Shown one piece after another: positions 1 through 9,265 of a stretch of 20,000 nt of DNA. Numbering within the stretch: position 1 is the stretch's first letter; each line of letters starts with the position of its first letter. The stretch comes from an uncultured virus (IMG/VR IMGVR_UViG_3300027704_003386). Taxonomy: Duplodnaviria; Heunggongvirae; Uroviricota; Caudoviricetes. The DNA lies in the IMG/VR virus record IMGVR_UViG_3300027704_003386; one strand, written 5' to 3'. Position numbers and translations under genes: made by a program. Below the pieces are notes generated by a model. That model saw only the letters and a list, made by a program, of their open reading frames with translations. It did no database searches and had not been told where the DNA came from.

Positions 1-1709
1 ATGTATTCTACTGTCTTAGCTGGTTGGATAAATATCTGACCTACTAATTGGTTTCTGTCAACTACGTCTGCAGTGTTGTTTGTGTCATCCATTACTACTC
101 TGAAAGCGTAAAGACCTTGTCTTTGTACTACTGATTCTAAGTAAGGATTAACTTGCGATAAGAAAGCGTTTCTAGTTTGGATAGTATTCTGTTCGAATAT
201 TAAAGTTTTAGAAACATCTCCTACAAATTTCTTAAGTGAAATTAATAGTCTTCTCACGTTTACTCTATCAAGAGCTGATTTTTTCTTTTGTAAGGTCTTT
301 TGACCGAATACTGAAATACCAGATCCTGGGAACGTTGCAATTGGGTTAATGTTATTTGTATAAAGAGTATCTCTTTGAGTTCTCGTTAACTTTCTTTCTG
401 CTTGTATAACATTTCCAATACCTCCTCTAGTAAGACCTGCTGGTGCGAACCAAGGTGCTGCTGCTCCATCTGTAAAGGCATATACTCCTGGAATAACTGT
501 CGAAGCAGGTATCCATACGTTTCTACCAGACTCAGATTGAGTCTGTAACCAAGGCCAGTAAGTAGCTGCATACGAACTATTAATTGTATTTGCTGCTGCT
601 GTTGCATTGGATACTGTTGCTCCATATTGCTCTACATCTACTACTGCGATACAATCTCCTCTTGTCTCTGCTAAAGAGATAATAGAATCAATCGGTGCTT
701 TGTGAGTAGCGAAGTCATATATTAAACCTGGTGCTGATATAACGTTAAATACGTATTCGTCTTTGTTGTTTAATATTGAAATAGCATCTGTATAGTTAGG
801 ACCTGTTAATCCTTGAGTATCTAGATTAGATATATCTCCATTAAATTTCATTGCTCTATGTGAAGAAGCTTCTAAACCAGTTGCTCCAAAGAAAGAACCA
901 GAAGATTTAGACGGTAGAGATCCTGAATAAGAAAAGCCATCAGATGCTACTCCTACTGTTAGTCCGTCATTACCTAAGTAATCTATTGTCTTGTTTGCTA
1001 CTGAAGCGACTCTAATATAATTTGATCTTGTAACATATTCTCCTGATGATATTACAAAAGTAGCACCGTCTCCATCTGTTGTCTTGGATAGTGTTTGGTT
1101 ACCAATTTGTCTTTCTATGTAATTAGAAGAATTCGGGTCTAAAGAAACGTTATTAAAAGTTTCTAGTACAATTTTATTTTTTGTATTATCGTCTCCACGT
1201 CTAATTATAAGGCTAAATTCACCTACTTTAGTATTAACGTTAGATACTTCCCATCTTAGGTTGTCAGCTGAACCAGTTACTAATGAACCATCACTATTTT
1301 GGTGAGTTGTTCCTGTGCCTGCTTCTGCATTGTAAATTGTACCTCTACCTAGAGTAGTTAAGGTAAAAGGGTTAGTAATTGATGCTGTCTGTGCTGTTAT
1401 AGTAGTATTGGTTGCTGATGTAAATGAACCAGTTACTACTCTAGTAATTACCGCTGTGTTACCGCCTTGGTTAAAATAAGATTTAACTGCAATTGAAGTA
1501 AGGTATTCGTAGTTATTAGAGCCAGATTTAAGAGTCGTACCAAAAAGTCTTTGGTATTGACCGTATGATGTTACAAGTGTAGGAACTTCTACGGGTCCTT
1601 TTACCGATGGACCAATGAACGCTGCTCCAGCTTCTACTGGGGATGGTGCGATAAATGATACATCGTTTTCGCGTGCTAGTACACCTGGTGAGATTAATGC
1701 TTCTGCCAT
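1..1709 (-). CDS. Phage contractile tail sheath protein (3' end runs off the window; absent from the ORF track)
   Basis: Hand translation from ATG at 1709 gives an open frame to the window edge: MAEALISPGVLARENDVSF...AAFIGPSVKGPVEVPTLVTSY...YFNQGG...SSYAATYWPW...PWFAPAGLTRG...NPIATFPGSGISVFGQKTL...ALDRVNVRRLL...DRNQLVGQIFIQPAKTVEYI. These are hallmark tail-sheath N-terminal (SPGV) and C-terminal motifs. Confidence 0.95.
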   Translation of the reverse strand, partial: MAEALISPGVLARENDVSFIAPSPVEAGAAFIGPSVKGPVEVPTLVTSYGQYQRLFGTTLKSGSNNYEYLTSIAVKSYFNQGGNTAVITRVVTGSFTSATNTTITAQTASITNPFTLTTLGRGTIYNAEAGTGTTHQNSDGSLVTGSADNLRWEVSNVNTKVGEFSLIIRRGDDNTKNKIVLETFNNVSLDPNSSNYIERQIGNQTLSKTTDGDGATFVISSGEYVTRSNYIRVASVANKTIDYLGNDGLTVGVASDGFSYSGSLPSKSSGSFFGATGLEASSHRAMKFNGDISNLDTQGLTGPNYTDAISILNNKDEYVFNVISAPGLIYDFATHKAPIDSIISLAETRGDCIAVVDVEQYGATVSNATAAANTINSSYAATYWPWLQTQSESGRNVWIPASTVIPGVYAFTDGAAAPWFAPAGLTRGGIGNVIQAERKLTRTQRDTLYTNNINPIATFPGSGISVFGQKTLQKKKSALDRVNVRRLLISLKKFVGDVSKTLIFEQNTIQTRNAFLSQVNPYLESVVQRQGLYAFRVVMDDTNNTADVVDRNQLVGQIFIQPAKTVEY

Positions 1710-1737
1710 GTTTTGTATGTTAAAATTATGAGTCTAT

Positions 1738-1804
1738 TATAAATATCGTCTATATATCGAAAACAGCCTAAAATAACTAATGACTCTTTTACTAATATAA
1801 ATAT
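1738..1804 (-). promoter_or_regulatory. Two copies of ATATTTATA (coding strand) upstream of the sheath gene; candidate late promoter
   Basis: Plus-strand TATAAATAT at 1738-1746 and 1796-1804, within the 114-bp gap between the 83-aa ORF and the sheath ATG. The function is inferred. Confidence 0.45.
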
Positions 1805-1823
1805 GTTTTAATTAGCGTAAAAG

Positions 1824-2075
1824 TTACTCAATAGTATTATATTTTCCATTCTCTAAATCTAACTGTCCTTTACCGTAAGTCGATTCTAGTAATTCAGCTA
1901 ATTCCACCTCTTTATTCTTTAAGTGCTTGTGTATATTTTCAGCTTGTTCTTTTCTTTCTTTTAGTGTAATTTCCTGTACGTATAGGTTACCGAAATCTTG
2001 TTGTAATTTTCCTTGATCTATCTGTAATTGTTTGATTTGTGCTATTATTGGTTTACTTACTATAAAATCCGGCAT
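1824..2075 (-). CDS. Small coiled-coil phage protein, function unknown
   Basis: 83 aa with a heptad-like Q/L/E/K-rich helix ending in YGKGQLDLENGKY. It has an A-rich leader (AATAAACA-ATG) and lies on the same strand as its neighbours. Confidence 0.8.
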   Translation of the reverse strand: MPDFIVSKPIIAQIKQLQIDQGKLQQDFGNLYVQEITLKERKEQAENIHKHLKNKEVELAELLESTYGKGQLDLENGKYNTIE

Positions 2076-2114
2076 TGTTTATTAATTTAAATTGGTTTAA
2101 AACTCTTTTGTTAT

Positions 2115-3035
2115 TTAACATTGGTTGCTATGGTAGTGTTCTTCTTTATCTTCTGTTAAGATAGGATTGAACCAGAAGTCATATACTTTTGTTGCCCAGT
2201 GTTTATGTGCTTTTTCATCGTAGTGATGATCTTTTGCATGTTCAGAAATCTTCATATCTGGGTTTTGTTTCATATGTCCATAAAAAGACCTATCGTGATC
2301 TAAAAATGCATAGTGGTATTTACTATCTTCTCTATACATCCTTAATAGGTTTATATAAGTTTTTTTAATCGGGTGGTGAGCATAGGCTTTAGGAATATAA
2401 TCAAAACCGGGTAAACTATTTATAGTATTTCCATGATACTTTTGTATATTTAAACTTTTTAGCCAGTGATTCATACTTACTATCTTCTGTAGCATAATAT
2501 AGTCACTGAATAAGTTATCAAATAACATAACTTTTGCTTTTTTTAATTCACTTAAATTTAGTATATACTCAGGAGTTAAATTTTCTAAGCGATTAGTATC
2601 CAACGCAGGTGATAATGATATGAGTGAGTTATGTGGGTAAAGTTGATCCAGACCTTCAGGTTTACTTTCGTCTTTAGGAACGTATACTTCATACCTATCT
2701 ACACCACTCCAAAATAATATTACAATAATATCTTCTGGTAGATATTTCGGTTTCCTAGATTCTGCGTTTTTACCTTGTTCCGGTACTGAATCAAAATCTT
2801 TTTCTTCTCCTAGTATAACATTATCAATAATCCAATCTTGAGTGGTTCTGAAGATAGTGTCATTACTAGCGCCGGGTTGGGCAATATTTACTACCTCTTT
2901 TGTTTTCAATAGGTCTCCTAAGTGTTTAGGCCATGCTTTATGGTAACAATTTGGTTGATAAACATATTCCATTTCTGAGCCTGCAGTATGACTGCATCCA
3001 TTTACTAATAAAATCTTATTCTTAAAATCCTTCAT
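2115..3035 (-). CDS. SGNH/GDSL-like hydrolase or acyltransferase (DUF6071-like)
   Basis: Block I-like LVNGCSHTAG, WP, block II-like NIAQPGASN and C-terminal DHHYDEKAH (His block). Abuts the upstream gene with a 0-bp gap. Confidence 0.7.
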   Translation of the reverse strand: MKDFKNKILLVNGCSHTAGSEMEYVYQPNCYHKAWPKHLGDLLKTKEVVNIAQPGASNDTIFRTTQDWIIDNVILGEEKDFDSVPEQGKNAESRKPKYLPEDIIVILFWSGVDRYEVYVPKDESKPEGLDQLYPHNSLISLSPALDTNRLENLTPEYILNLSELKKAKVMLFDNLFSDYIMLQKIVSMNHWLKSLNIQKYHGNTINSLPGFDYIPKAYAHHPIKKTYINLLRMYREDSKYHYAFLDHDRSFYGHMKQNPDMKISEHAKDHHYDEKAHKHWATKVYDFWFNPILTEDKEEHYHSNQC

Positions 3036-6000
3036 TTATTCTATTACGATATTAGGTAGTTCAATAGGCGGTACTCTACTCTGTGTTAATGTTACCGGTC
3101 TATCCTTTTTACGGTACATTTCATGTATTGTAGGTTTAGTAATTACTTTGTCTACTTCTACTGAGGTTATATTACCCTGAAGTTCAATAGTATCTTGAAA
3201 ACTTAAATCTCCGTGTTCATTATCTCTTTCCCATTTAAGTATATCTTCCATTTTAGGAGTTTGTCCTTTATGTTTAAACTTATGATATAGGTTAAATTTA
3301 AATGTACCGTCTGATTCTACTCTAACTTCCATACTACTTGCATAATTTGTTGCAATACTCCCCCAAGACATAATATCTTTTTCTGGTTCAAAATTTATTA
3401 CCAGTTCAAAAGAGTTAAATATTCGGTAAAGACCATATATAACTGAAAAGTATTCATTAGAAAGGTAAAGACTCTGAGCTGAGTATGATGGAACTTCTTT
3501 AATAAGAGCAAAATTTAAGTTATCCTCTTGGGGAATATAATCTGGATGTTCAAAGTTTCCTAAGGTCTTAAAGGTGTAGCAATCTTGGATATCACCATGC
3601 CTTTGAGAATTACTTACTTTGCTTTCAGTAAATGCATTGAGGATTTCCATCCAGATATGAAACATTTTAACTCTTATAAATCTTGTCATCTTAGTATTAC
3701 GGTAACCTGTGGTATACCAATCCCCTAAAAATTGATTATCCCATACTTTCTCTTTCCAAGCTATATCGTAAATTGCAAACCTTTCCTGTAAGTCACTTAA
3801 AGCACTTGGGCCACATCCCATACCAGGTGATAGTTCATGTATACTGTTTCTTGTATTATATATTAGTATATTACTATGGTAGTAGTCAATGTACTCCTCT
3901 GTTGGGAAACCAATTAACCAGTTTACATGTGTAAATATAGTGCCGGTATTGTAAGTATCCCTAAGGTTATTTTCTATTTCCCATATTTGTATTTTCTTAC
4001 GCATATCGTTTAAGACCTTCTGGCTGCCTGATTCTACTCCGTAGCTAAGTGCTGTACATCCAGATTTTGCTACCGTATCTAAAAACTCTTTATCCATTCT
4101 ACCGTCACATCTGCTATAGCTATTCCACCCTATATTTAAATTATTAGCTATAATAAGATCGACTAACTGTCTAAAACTTTTAATATTTCCATTAACAAGA
4201 CTGTCGACGAACCAAAAACGTTTAACACCGTAGTTCTCTACGTGGTGTTTCATTTCTTCAACTGTACGTTCTGGTGCCATTGATCTAAATTTCCAGAAAT
4301 AAGTCTCTGCGCAGAAGCTACATTGAGCAACGCATCCTCTTGAGGTTTCTATGCTAATACCGTCTTGATGTAGGTATGAAGTAAGGTCATAATCTTGAAA
4401 ATCAGCATAAGCTTGATCATCAAGGCTTAGTCTACTATCTGTGCTACCTATAGTTTTACCCATTAGTGGAAGGGTCTCTTTAAATACTTCATTATCTAAA
4501 AATTCTAAGAAACTTTCTTCTGATTCTCCTTTAAAGAAGTAACTAACGTACTTAGCAAATTGAGTTTTCATCATGTTCTCTTCTGTGGCTACTGCGGGTC
4601 CTCCTGCTATAATAATGACGTCTGGGTCTAATTCTTTTAATTTTTCTATTAGTACTAAACTAGCATTGGCATTAGTAGTATATAGACTAAGGCCTATCAT
4701 AGTAGGTTTATCAGAAAGCATTTTAACTGCTGCTGCGTGTAGGTACTCCTCAATTTCTTTTAATAGGTATTCATTAAAAAACCATTTGTCTTCCCAAAAG
4801 AAAAACTTCTCTGAAGCCCAGTAGTCTTGACCTGTTCTTTTGAGTAAGTTATGATATAACTGTACATTTAAGTCATATACCTTACATGCATACCCTCCTT
4901 TTCTTGCAGCTCCTACAATTTTAGAGAGTCCATATGGAGGAAAAATTACTCCCCAGGATGGGCAGATTGTAAAGACTAACCTTTCTTTACCGTTGCTTGG
5001 AGTAAAATCTCTGAGAGCTACAGGTTCTTCAAAATCGTGGTACTTTACATTACCGGGACGTCCAATATGAGCTGATGCATGCCCTAGAGAATCTTTTTTC
5101 TCTTTATCAACCTTCATTATGTGTTTAACTATAAGTTGATCCCTGTCTCCAGATAAATTTTCTAAAGCATTTGTTCTTTTTAGTTCGTTTTCATCAAAGA
5201 CTGGTTCATCTAGATATTCAGATTCGGGAGTAAACCCTGTTAATATTGTATCATGTGGTAGATGTCTTTGTAGTATATAGAAACTTTCTTTTAATTTTTT
5301 TCTTGTTACAAAGGTATTAGTAAAATCTGTAGCATAAATATTAGAAATATTAATAAATGCATTTTTACTTTCAATCTTACTAGTTAATTCTGTCGGGTCG
5401 TTAATTAGGTCGATCGTAGTAAATTCAACATTTGCTGCCCTAAAGGCTTTAAGGTACTCTACTGTCTTCTCTATACCTCCAAAATGTTTATAACTTTCGT
5501 TAATGTTATTATGGAAATCCTCAGTGAATGTTTCTTCTGGTAAGTATGCGAATACTTTCTTACCTGATATTTGAAATTGAGACCTATGTTCAAAAGTTCT
5601 AATTAGTTCCTCTATATCTGTTTCAGTAGAATTCTTTATTAATTTAATCCATTCTAAACTTTTACTGTTAAAATCGTAGATAATTAATTTTCCGTTTTCC
5701 CTTAAGAGGTTACTTTTAAATGGTTCTAAAAATTTTAATCCTGCTGCTGGAAGTACAATGGTATTGTAAGTCCTATCTGGATGTTTATCAGATAGTACCA
5801 TATTCTCTGAGTTTGTTAACCAGATTTGATCTTTAACATTAGACCCTAGAGCAAGAAGTTTTCTCTGGTTGATATTAAGTGAAGGATCTGTAGTCTTATT
5901 ATTTAAGCATTCTAAAAATTTATCTGAATTGCTTTCAGGGTAGTAGTACGTTCTTTTATTTCTTATTTTTTGGGACCAATTCAGTACGTCAAAGTTATTT

Positions 6001-6572
6001 TTTATACTCTCACTCAGGATATTCCATCCCTGTTTGGAATGGGACTGTTTTTCTTCTTTACCTGTTCCCTTGATCCACAGAGGAGTGTAGTCGTCATGAA
6101 AATTCTCTACACTTCTTTGTATAACAGGAAGTATACTGCTGTTCATACCCCATCCTCCGTAAAGAGGTTTATTACTTTTAGACCAATTCTCTGTATTAAC
6201 TAACACAAATTGATGGTGTATTTCATACCAATGCTCTTTCCACTCTAAGATATGGCCTGCAACCATATAATTTGGATTATTGTTTATTTCATTATTTATA
6301 TCAAATATTATAGTACTATCAAAAATTCTTGCTCCTGCTGCTATAAATAAGATATGGTCATACTTTTCATGTAGTCTCTGGAGTCCTATATCAATGCTTT
6401 GGTGAATTTCAATTTTAAAGGGAGTACTACAAATTGTATTCAGTCTTTGGATATAGAACTTAGTAAAATCAACCATTTTATCAGCTAGATCAAAATTAGT
6501 TAATGTATCTGCAGGGAAGATACAAATTCCTATCTTGTTTGTGTTTTCAAATGTATCTTTAATATAGTCCAT
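3036..6572 (-). CDS. Multidomain fusion: N-terminal GT-A-like and Rossmann-like regions plus a cobalamin-binding radical SAM enzyme (class B methyltransferase-like)
   Basis: B12-binding domain motifs PPYGLSKI, MIGLSLYTTN and IIAGGPAV; radical SAM motifs IETSRGCVAQCSFC (about 4311-4334), FVDS, GVESGSQKVL and LIGFPTE. The N-terminal ~460 aa assignment is tentative. Confidence 0.85.
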   Translation of the reverse strand: MDYIKDTFENTNKIGICIFPADTLTNFDLADKMVDFTKFYIQRLNTICSTPFKIEIHQSIDIGLQRLHEKYDHILFIAAGARIFDSTIIFDINNEINNNPNYMVAGHILEWKEHWYEIHHQFVLVNTENWSKSNKPLYGGWGMNSSILPVIQRSVENFHDDYTPLWIKGTGKEEKQSHSKQGWNILSESIKNNFDVLNWSQKIRNKRTYYYPESNSDKFLECLNNKTTDPSLNINQRKLLALGSNVKDQIWLTNSENMVLSDKHPDRTYNTIVLPAAGLKFLEPFKSNLLRENGKLIIYDFNSKSLEWIKLIKNSTETDIEELIRTFEHRSQFQISGKKVFAYLPEETFTEDFHNNINESYKHFGGIEKTVEYLKAFRAANVEFTTIDLINDPTELTSKIESKNAFINISNIYATDFTNTFVTRKKLKESFYILQRHLPHDTILTGFTPESEYLDEPVFDENELKRTNALENLSGDRDQLIVKHIMKVDKEKKDSLGHASAHIGRPGNVKYHDFEEPVALRDFTPSNGKERLVFTICPSWGVIFPPYGLSKIVGAARKGGYACKVYDLNVQLYHNLLKRTGQDYWASEKFFFWEDKWFFNEYLLKEIEEYLHAAAVKMLSDKPTMIGLSLYTTNANASLVLIEKLKELDPDVIIIAGGPAVATEENMMKTQFAKYVSYFFKGESEESFLEFLDNEVFKETLPLMGKTIGSTDSRLSLDDQAYADFQDYDLTSYLHQDGISIETSRGCVAQCSFCAETYFWKFRSMAPERTVEEMKHHVENYGVKRFWFVDSLVNGNIKSFRQLVDLIIANNLNIGWNSYSRCDGRMDKEFLDTVAKSGCTALSYGVESGSQKVLNDMRKKIQIWEIENNLRDTYNTGTIFTHVNWLIGFPTEEYIDYYHSNILIYNTRNSIHELSPGMGCGPSALSDLQERFAIYDIAWKEKVWDNQFLGDWYTTGYRNTKMTRFIRVKMFHIWMEILNAFTESKVSNSQRHGDIQDCYTFKTLGNFEHPDYIPQEDNLNFALIKEVPSYSAQSLYLSNEYFSVIYGLYRIFNSFELVINFEPEKDIMSWGSIATNYASSMEVRVESDGTFKFNLYHKFKHKGQTPKMEDILKWERDNEHGDLSFQDTIELQGNITSVEVDKVITKPTIHEMYRKKDRPVTLTQSRVPPIELPNIVIE

Positions 6573-7236
6573 TGAATGTTGTATTTACAGCTTCTGCCAT
6601 AATATTAGGATTAACCTCCCCATGGAGTATTAAGTGTATTCTTTCTTGGTCTGTATTATTATATACTGCGTGTATGTTACCTATATCGGGGAATACACCT
6701 CTTCCTTTTTTAAAAGGTACAACTCCATAGTCTTCAAATACAAACTCACATCCTTCAGGATTGTTTAAAGCAATATTAAAAGGGCCGAATATTCTAGTTT
6801 TACCGTCTTTATGTGGCATAATGTATCCTCCTGGTGCTAATTTCATTAACCTTACTCTTTCGTATGTTATAAAATTTAAGTTTTTAATAAACTGTGTTAT
6901 TTTTGGTACATATTTACAGACATCTGTCCAAGTATAATTTGCCTCCTCTATACTTTTAAATCCATATCTATCATAGTTCTCAGTTTTATCATAAGATATA
7001 CCGTGTAGTGTACAAGATTCCCAACCTTGATGTGAGTAAGAACCTTTTGAATCTTTTGCTCTATGGCTTGTCCAGAATTTACTAGGTAGCTCTATTGCTT
7101 CCTTTTCTAAAACATCAAAGTCATCTTTGAAATCTAAAAAAGCATAGGGCCAGTCTGATTCCCATACATTATTAGGTATATGTTCAGGTCTCCATATTTT
7201 TGTATGGTTTTCAGTGTAGAATTTACTTCGGATCAT
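6559..7236 (-). CDS. Aspartyl/asparaginyl beta-hydroxylase-family 2OG-Fe(II) oxygenase
   Basis: RVRLMKLAPGGYIMPHKD (HxD) ... HAVYNNTDQERIHL (distal His and the 2OG-binding Arg), typical of the double-stranded beta-helix oxygenases of this family. Confidence 0.85.
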   Translation of the reverse strand: MIRSKFYTENHTKIWRPEHIPNNVWESDWPYAFLDFKDDFDVLEKEAIELPSKFWTSHRAKDSKGSYSHQGWESCTLHGISYDKTENYDRYGFKSIEEANYTWTDVCKYVPKITQFIKNLNFITYERVRLMKLAPGGYIMPHKDGKTRIFGPFNIALNNPEGCEFVFEDYGVVPFKKGRGVFPDIGNIHAVYNNTDQERIHLILHGEVNPNIMAEAVNTTFNGLY

Positions 7237-8254
7237 ATAAGTTAATTTGTTTAATACCGGTTACTTTAGTCCAAACCTCTTTGTTCCATTTTGTTTTAAT
7301 ATTTTCACTATCATCTAAAGCCGGGTAAGAGGGGCCTACAGGTAAATGCCATTTTTTAATATCTGGTTCATAATCGGTAAAGGTATTATCTAATATAATA
7401 CGGCCTAACTTATATCTACCTAAAGATAATTTATAATAGTCTTCAATTGGTACTTTATCCTGTACTGATGGTTTTAATGTGAGGTACCATGTATAAAAAC
7501 TCTCTCTTATAGAGTCCGACATATCTGGGCCAAAGTTTAACCAAGTCTCTGGAGCGAATCTTTCTTGAATTCTTATTTCATCTCGATCAATAACATCCCA
7601 GTCGTTTTCAGGTGCTACTGATAAGTAGTCTTTACCTAATGTGTTGTAACCTGTATAGAGTCCTCCCCATTCGAAACTATCACCTAAAAATAACTTATCT
7701 AGTAGGGTAACTGGTTCAAACTTACCTACTGGTAAAAAATCATATATGCAACTAAAGTTAGGAAATTTATGTTCATCACTATGAATAGCTGTTTCAATCA
7801 TATGAATAAACTCATTTAAATTAAGAAAAGCTTCGTGTAGTTCCATACTCCAGTAGTAGTAGACTCCACTAACTTCATCTTTGCCTTTTTCTTGTAGTTC
7901 CTCTATCCTATCTCCGTATACCTCAAACTCTTCATGTAAAAAGTTTAAAACCGTATTATCCAGTTCTTCTACGTTTGTAAATATAGGTAATTTACTATCG
8001 TATTCTGAATTTAGAGTTGTGTAGTTCTTATTAATGAATACTAGTATTTCATTAATTTTTTCCATTAGTTTACCTATATTATCAAAATCGTTATTGGTAA
8101 TTCTAGTTTTTATTTCTAAATCTTCCTCTAATGATTCTTGAGTCATTTTAAACCATCTATCCACAATAGGGTTATTTGGGAATAGGTAGTATGATAATAT
8201 TAATGGAGAATTATCTTCGGTTTTAAATTTTATTTTTATAATCCTATTTGGCAT
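7223..8254 (-). CDS. Hypothetical protein, possibly metal-binding (His/Glu helical motifs)
   Basis: 343-aa ORF overlapping the next gene by 14 bp. Motifs LNFLHEEFE, LHEAFLNLNEFIHMIE and LYTGYNTLGKD; no family recognised. Confidence 0.75.
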   Translation of the reverse strand: MPNRIIKIKFKTEDNSPLILSYYLFPNNPIVDRWFKMTQESLEEDLEIKTRITNNDFDNIGKLMEKINEILVFINKNYTTLNSEYDSKLPIFTNVEELDNTVLNFLHEEFEVYGDRIEELQEKGKDEVSGVYYYWSMELHEAFLNLNEFIHMIETAIHSDEHKFPNFSCIYDFLPVGKFEPVTLLDKLFLGDSFEWGGLYTGYNTLGKDYLSVAPENDWDVIDRDEIRIQERFAPETWLNFGPDMSDSIRESFYTWYLTLKPSVQDKVPIEDYYKLSLGRYKLGRIILDNTFTDYEPDIKKWHLPVGPSYPALDDSENIKTKWNKEVWTKVTGIKQINLYDPK

Positions 8255-8265
8255 AACTTTTAATT

Positions 8266-9255
8266 TTATTTAAGTTCTGAATGAAGTTTTGATTTTGAAA
8301 TAAACATATCTGTAGCACAATGGCATATGTCTACATTACAGGTGACAGCTTTAGTTGGCCATTGGACCTCTTGAGGGTTATCTAAATGACCTATGATGCC
8401 ACCTACTATACAGTTTCCTCGTTCTATATGACCAGTAGTACCTATAAAAAGACTTTCTAGACCTATATTACATTTCCAGCCATTAAAGTTTGTAAGTCCT
8501 TGATTTATCCATTCAACAGGACTAATATTATCAGTATCATAAGCTGTATCATTTTCATCAATTAAAAGAGCTTTCATCGCTGGACTAGAATCTACCTGAG
8601 TTTCCATTCTTCCAAACTGACTGCTTTTAATATCTCCAAACCATTCTAACTGCTCCGGTGAGTAATCAAAAGCATATTTAGCTACCCCTTTATATGGAGT
8701 AACTTTTACACTTTCATAAGAAATTGTAGGGTTTTTTGATAATCTTTTAATAAGAGCTTTTGATTTATCCCACAGTTTAGGGTCTGCATGCATCATAACT
8801 CTAACGGGTGAAGTACTTATAGGGTTTGTAGTTAATACTTTTTCTATAAATTCTTGATCGTTAGTATACTCCGGATGGTAAGAGTAAGCAATATAATTTA
8901 AGTCATGTGCTATTTTTTCCATATACTTAACGGGTTTTACTCCGTTAGTGGTTATACCCACGGTGTTTCCTGAGTCTTTAATCATTCGAATAAATTCTGG
9001 AAAGAAAGGAGACATGGTTGGTTCTCCTCCGGAAACACTCCAATGTGAAGATTTATACCTGTTTATTACCGTCCGAATAAACTCTTTAGCATTTAGCCAA
9101 TCGTAGTTATGGTTAGTCCCTGCATAAAGTGATGGAAGGCAGTAGGTACATGCATTACTACATATATTATTCATCACCCAAGTGACCTGGAGGGTGCTAG
9201 GTTCTAAATTAACAATCTTCTTAAGGGGCTGTAATGCTGATTCTGTGCTTTTCAT
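8266..9255 (-). CDS. Radical SAM enzyme with C-terminal twitch/SPASM-like auxiliary Fe-S domain
   Basis: CSNACTYC (CxxxCxxC), SGGEPT and TTNG; C-terminal CNIG...GHIERGNC...CNVDICHC. Confidence 0.9.
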   Translation of the reverse strand: MKSTESALQPLKKIVNLEPSTLQVTWVMNNICSNACTYCLPSLYAGTNHNYDWLNAKEFIRTVINRYKSSHWSVSGGEPTMSPFFPEFIRMIKDSGNTVGITTNGVKPVKYMEKIAHDLNYIAYSYHPEYTNDQEFIEKVLTTNPISTSPVRVMMHADPKLWDKSKALIKRLSKNPTISYESVKVTPYKGVAKYAFDYSPEQLEWFGDIKSSQFGRMETQVDSSPAMKALLIDENDTAYDTDNISPVEWINQGLTNFNGWKCNIGLESLFIGTTGHIERGNCIVGGIIGHLDNPQEVQWPTKAVTCNVDICHCATDMFISKSKLHSELK

Positions 9256-9265
9256 ATATTATATA

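Noticed and set aside
386..625. 79-aa Gln-rich ORF (MEQQYPMQQQQQ...) in the ORF track
   Set aside because: An alternative-frame shadow inside the tail sheath gene; the poly-Gln comes from GCA (Ala) codon runs read out of frame.
2076..2114. Possible terminator hairpin (tttaaa-ttgg-tttaaa) after the operon
   Set aside because: The stem is A/T only and too weak; such palindromes are expected by chance in AT-rich DNA.
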